From Raillietiella orientalis (lineage: Eukaryota), in assembly GCA_036172245.1 (NCBI GenBank), contig JAYWIR010000007.1, positions 4,340,001 through 4,404,000 of the forward strand: a DNA stretch of 64,000 nucleotides. Direction: 5' to 3'. Shown piece after piece: positions 60,481 through 64,000 of the stretch (positions are counted from its first letter, which is position 1; each line of letters begins with the position of its first letter). The notes below the pieces were generated by a model. It was given only the letters and a program-made list of their open reading frames with translations. It was not told where the DNA came from and searched no databases. The position numbers were made by a program, and so were the translations under genes.

Positions 60481-63400
60481 CGCCCGGAGGCCATTCAGGG
60501 TCCCACGTCCGGAGGTAAGGACGCGGGGCGATTTCCACGGGAAGTGCCAGCGGGCAGGAATGGGATCGGGGCGACCCCGGCCCAAGTCCGTACTCCCAAG
60601 GGTGCACTGCTTCAGGGGCGGCGGAGGTGGCTGCGTCAGTCCTGGGAAGGGGGGAACGTGGGTCTTCCCAGACCGATCCGCTCCCTGGAGGCAGCCGCGG
60701 AGACCCACGGAGCACTCGGCGGCCCCGGGCGGGGGTGGAAGCAGGCTGAGGGTGGAGGAGGGGAGGACCCCTTAGGAGTGTTTACCTTTGAAGATCCCCC
60801 TCACGCATCCGAAGGGCGTTCGGGCGGACTGATCCCCTCTCCCCCTCCTCCTCCTTCTTCCCCTTTGGCGCGCAGAGCGGCCATGGACCGACGACGCCAC
60901 CTCGGTCACAAGCAGGTGCGCCAGCGCGGGAAGAAAGGTGCCTCTCCCCGCGGCCGGTCCTCGTCCTCTCTTGGCGACACGCGCGGAGAGGCTGAGCCTC
61001 CTCCCTCCACCCAGGGCAAAGTAAGGCTGCCGCCCACTGCCAACGAGTGCCACCGCCCTCCCGACCGCCCCAGGGCTTCAGGGTGGTCGACCGTCGGCAG
61101 GTCGCATGCCCGCTTACCCCCTTACGCTTGCCCTCCTCCTCTCCTCTCCCCAGATGCCGCCTGCGGAGAGGGCGATGCCCGACCTGATGTCGGCAGAGAG
61201 CCTTGGACTGCTCTCAGAACCGCTGCGACCTACGAAGGAAGTCCTGTGTCCGGAAGCGGTGCATCCGGAGCACCGGCCACCCCCTCTGCGAGGCCATTCC
61301 AGGGCAGGAGCCCAAGTGGGTGGAGGGTCTTCCACAGAGACCCTGGGGGAGAGGAAAGGCCAGTGAGTGAGGGAGGCGCCTTCCCATCTGCTGCTGCCCT
61401 CCGGAAGCGGGAGGTATCCCCTGGAGTGGGCCCCAACCGCACCCCCCTACGTGTTTTCTGCCGCGCTCGGACTCCCCACTCGCACCGCCGTCCCCGTGAC
61501 GGCCATTCCGTCGCGTCAACGCTGTCTCTGCGGCGAAGGCGACCCCGGCCCTGAGGAGGTGTACTCGTAAGGATGAGGAAGGGAGGGACCACAGCTTGGA
61601 CCCTTCTCCGGAGGTCAAACACGCACCGCCAGGAGGCCAAGCGGCGCGACCTCTGCAAGAGGAGTCGGAGAACGACCTCCTGGGATGCGTCTTCCACGCC
61701 CGAGCGGCGGAGTCCCTCGGGCTATTCGTGCCCAATCTGCAACCCAGCCCTCGTTCTGCCGGAAGCCTCAGGCACTCCCTCTCCTCCTCAGGTTACCCGG
61801 AGTCCCGGAGATGTCGGAGAATGGGGTTTTCGGGAGAAGGTTGGCGCCGCCTTGCCCGGAGCTGCATCGGTGCGGTTCCTGCCCGCGGATCGCCATTCCT
61901 CGCGGTGTCCCTGACGGCACCTGCCCCGGCGGGAGGGACCAGGAGGATCTTCCGCCGCGATCTCGGCCAGGCGAAGGCGGCGCCATCCCGAACGGCCGGA
62001 TCCGGGCGCCCAATGAGGTACCGCTCCTTCCCTTCCCGTTGCCCACCCCTTCCCGAGCCGCTGCGACGCTCTCGGCAGCGGCGTGGCCAATTCTCGCGCC
62101 GCCTCCCAGCAGGTGCAGAGGAACGGTGGCGCCGGATCACCACCCCTTCCTGGCCGGCCTCGACCTCGCGCCCCTCCCCTGAGGCGGCTGCGACCCTCTC
62201 CTCGCTGCTGCTGCCGGCAGTGTCCGATCGAGAGACCGGAACCGCCCCTAGACCTCGCTGACAGCAACCCTATGGAGCAGAGGGCCCCACTGCTGCTGCG
62301 ATGATCCAGTTTCCCGGAAAGGATTCAGGGATCGTCCGCGCGGCGCCGCTCAGTTCCCGCCCGGCGAGTGTCGCGGGGCGCACCCGCGTGAGGGCGCGGT
62401 ACTGAGGCGCCGGAGCCACGGACGCCAATCGGGGAAGGGGGGGGGGGGGTGAACCGCTCCCGACGCAACCGCGGAGGTCGCCGGTCCAGCTTTGGCCGTC
62501 CACTCGCCCTCTCGGACTTGCACCCTGGGACCGCGAGGGTGAGCAGCGGCAACTCTCGCAGCATTTTCTCCGAGTCGGACCCTCCTATTCTGGGAAGCCG
62601 CCTCCGTCGTTCGGCGCAGCCGGCCGTATTGGCCGTAGGGGTCGAAGAGCAGCCGCAGCCTTCCAGAGCGAGGACCCTTCGCGCCGCATGCCCTCCCCGC
62701 CCTCGTCACGCCGCGGGCTCTCCGGCGGGTCATGAGGCGCCGCGGAGAGAGCGACAGCGCACGAGAAGCCACCCCCCTTCCCCTTCCCCCCCGTGGGCGC
62801 TTTCGCGTCATCGCGCCGCCTCTTGATTGGCAGCTCCACCGCCTCCCCTCCAGGCTCGTCGTCTCTTTCGTGTGACCTTTCCGGCCACCGTCGCCGCCGT
62901 CATCATCATCAGCGAGCGGAGTGGGGGAGGGACAGGGAGGAAGGGAGCTTCGGCACCGCGTGGGCGGAGTCGTGCTCCCTGGCAGCGTCCCAAAAAGGCT
63001 CAAATTGAGCCCGCGCTGCCCTCGTCCTCCTCTTGACCTCCGACCGGCTCCGCTCCCGGAGGCTCCTGGCTTTTCTTCCAGCGGGGGGAGTCTGCAGAGC
63101 GTGGGTGGAGAGGAAGCTAGGCGTCACTCTCGGCCAGGAATGGGAGCGGAATCGAAGGGGCCGGAGGCTGCATCTCCATCCCTGCGCGCCCGCAGTCCCG
63201 TCGTCCAGCTGAGACCCCGGCAGTCCTCAGCCCCACCTGGGCACTCGGGAGTTGGGGGCGGAAATCTCAGGCCGCAGAGTTCACCCCCCTCGAAGGACCA
63301 TGTCCCTTCGAGCGGGAGGTCAAGCCCTCCCCTCCTTCGGAAAAGGCACGCGCGGCCGAAGGCTGGAGAGACGGCGTACCGCGAGCCTACGGAAGGGCCG

Positions 63401-64000
63401 AAAAGAAAGTCACGGGGCGGGGAGAACCGCTCCAGAGGCAGGGGACGAGAGAGCCGGAGGGGCCTCGGGTCCGCGTGGACCGGGTGCGCAGACGCACCGC
63501 GTACGTCCATGAGGGCGACGCGTCCCCTTGCGCAGCGCGAGAACCCGGCTGGTGGGGGAGTCGAGGCGGCACCGGGGCGACAGGAGCGGCCCGCCTGATG
63601 CGCGTCCTCGGTAAGGCTCCCCATCTTCTCGAGAGCGATCGAAATTCCGGCTCTCTCCGGGAGGCTATCGAAGCGCCCGCGCCGCCTCGGGAAGGCGCCA
63701 AACATTTGGTCACCGCTGCTGTCCCGCGGCCCGGGTGCTGAGGGGTCGGGAGGAAGAGGGTCGAGGGAGGGAAGGGGAGAAGCATTCGGGTAGAAGCACC
63801 GCGCGTGGAGAGCGGCGCATCGCCCCTGCGGGTTCCCGAAGAGGATCGTGCAGCTCCCGCCGGGCCCAGGCAAGGAGCAGACGCTCCTTCTGGCGAACGG
63901 AGAGGATGGAGGAAGAAGGGGGGTCCAGGGCTTCAGAGATCAGGGAGGGCGGGCCCAGGATGAGCCAGGAGGGTGCACTGCACTTGCCTTTCGTCTTCCT

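Noticed and set aside
1..64000. CRISPR arrays, operons or other prokaryotic/viral systems
   Set aside because: There are no regularly spaced repeats and no gene-dense coding structure. Microsatellites and LINE relics indicate animal non-coding DNA.

Overview
This window is eukaryotic, almost certainly vertebrate, non-coding DNA. It is very GC- and CpG-rich (many 60-nt lines are 65-80% GC) and is broken up by homopolymer runs, polypurine tracts and microsatellites. I cannot support any protein-coding gene, rRNA, tRNA, known miRNA or CRISPR array. The ORF track is the expected by-product of stop-poor GC-rich sequence: overlapping Arg/Gly/Pro/Ala ORFs on both strands with no recognisable domain. 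Three things are supportable. (1) A decayed L1-clade (Tx1-like) LINE ORF2 with its 3' end at ~27.4-29.5 kb. (2) A probable decayed L1 ORF1 fragment at ~55.3-55.7 kb. (3) Many AT-richer, non-repetitive islands carrying homeodomain, SOX, POU, TCF, MEF2, RFX and nuclear-receptor motifs. These islands look like conserved non-coding elements in the gene desert or long intron of a developmental regulator; that is inference, since conservation cannot be tested here. I could not identify the locus or species and found no convincing evidence for a novel biological system. The most interesting leads are three hairpins at the LINE 3' end, a 66-nt hairpin at 14.5 kb, the AT-rich island at 60 kb, and the island-versus-spacer composition pattern.
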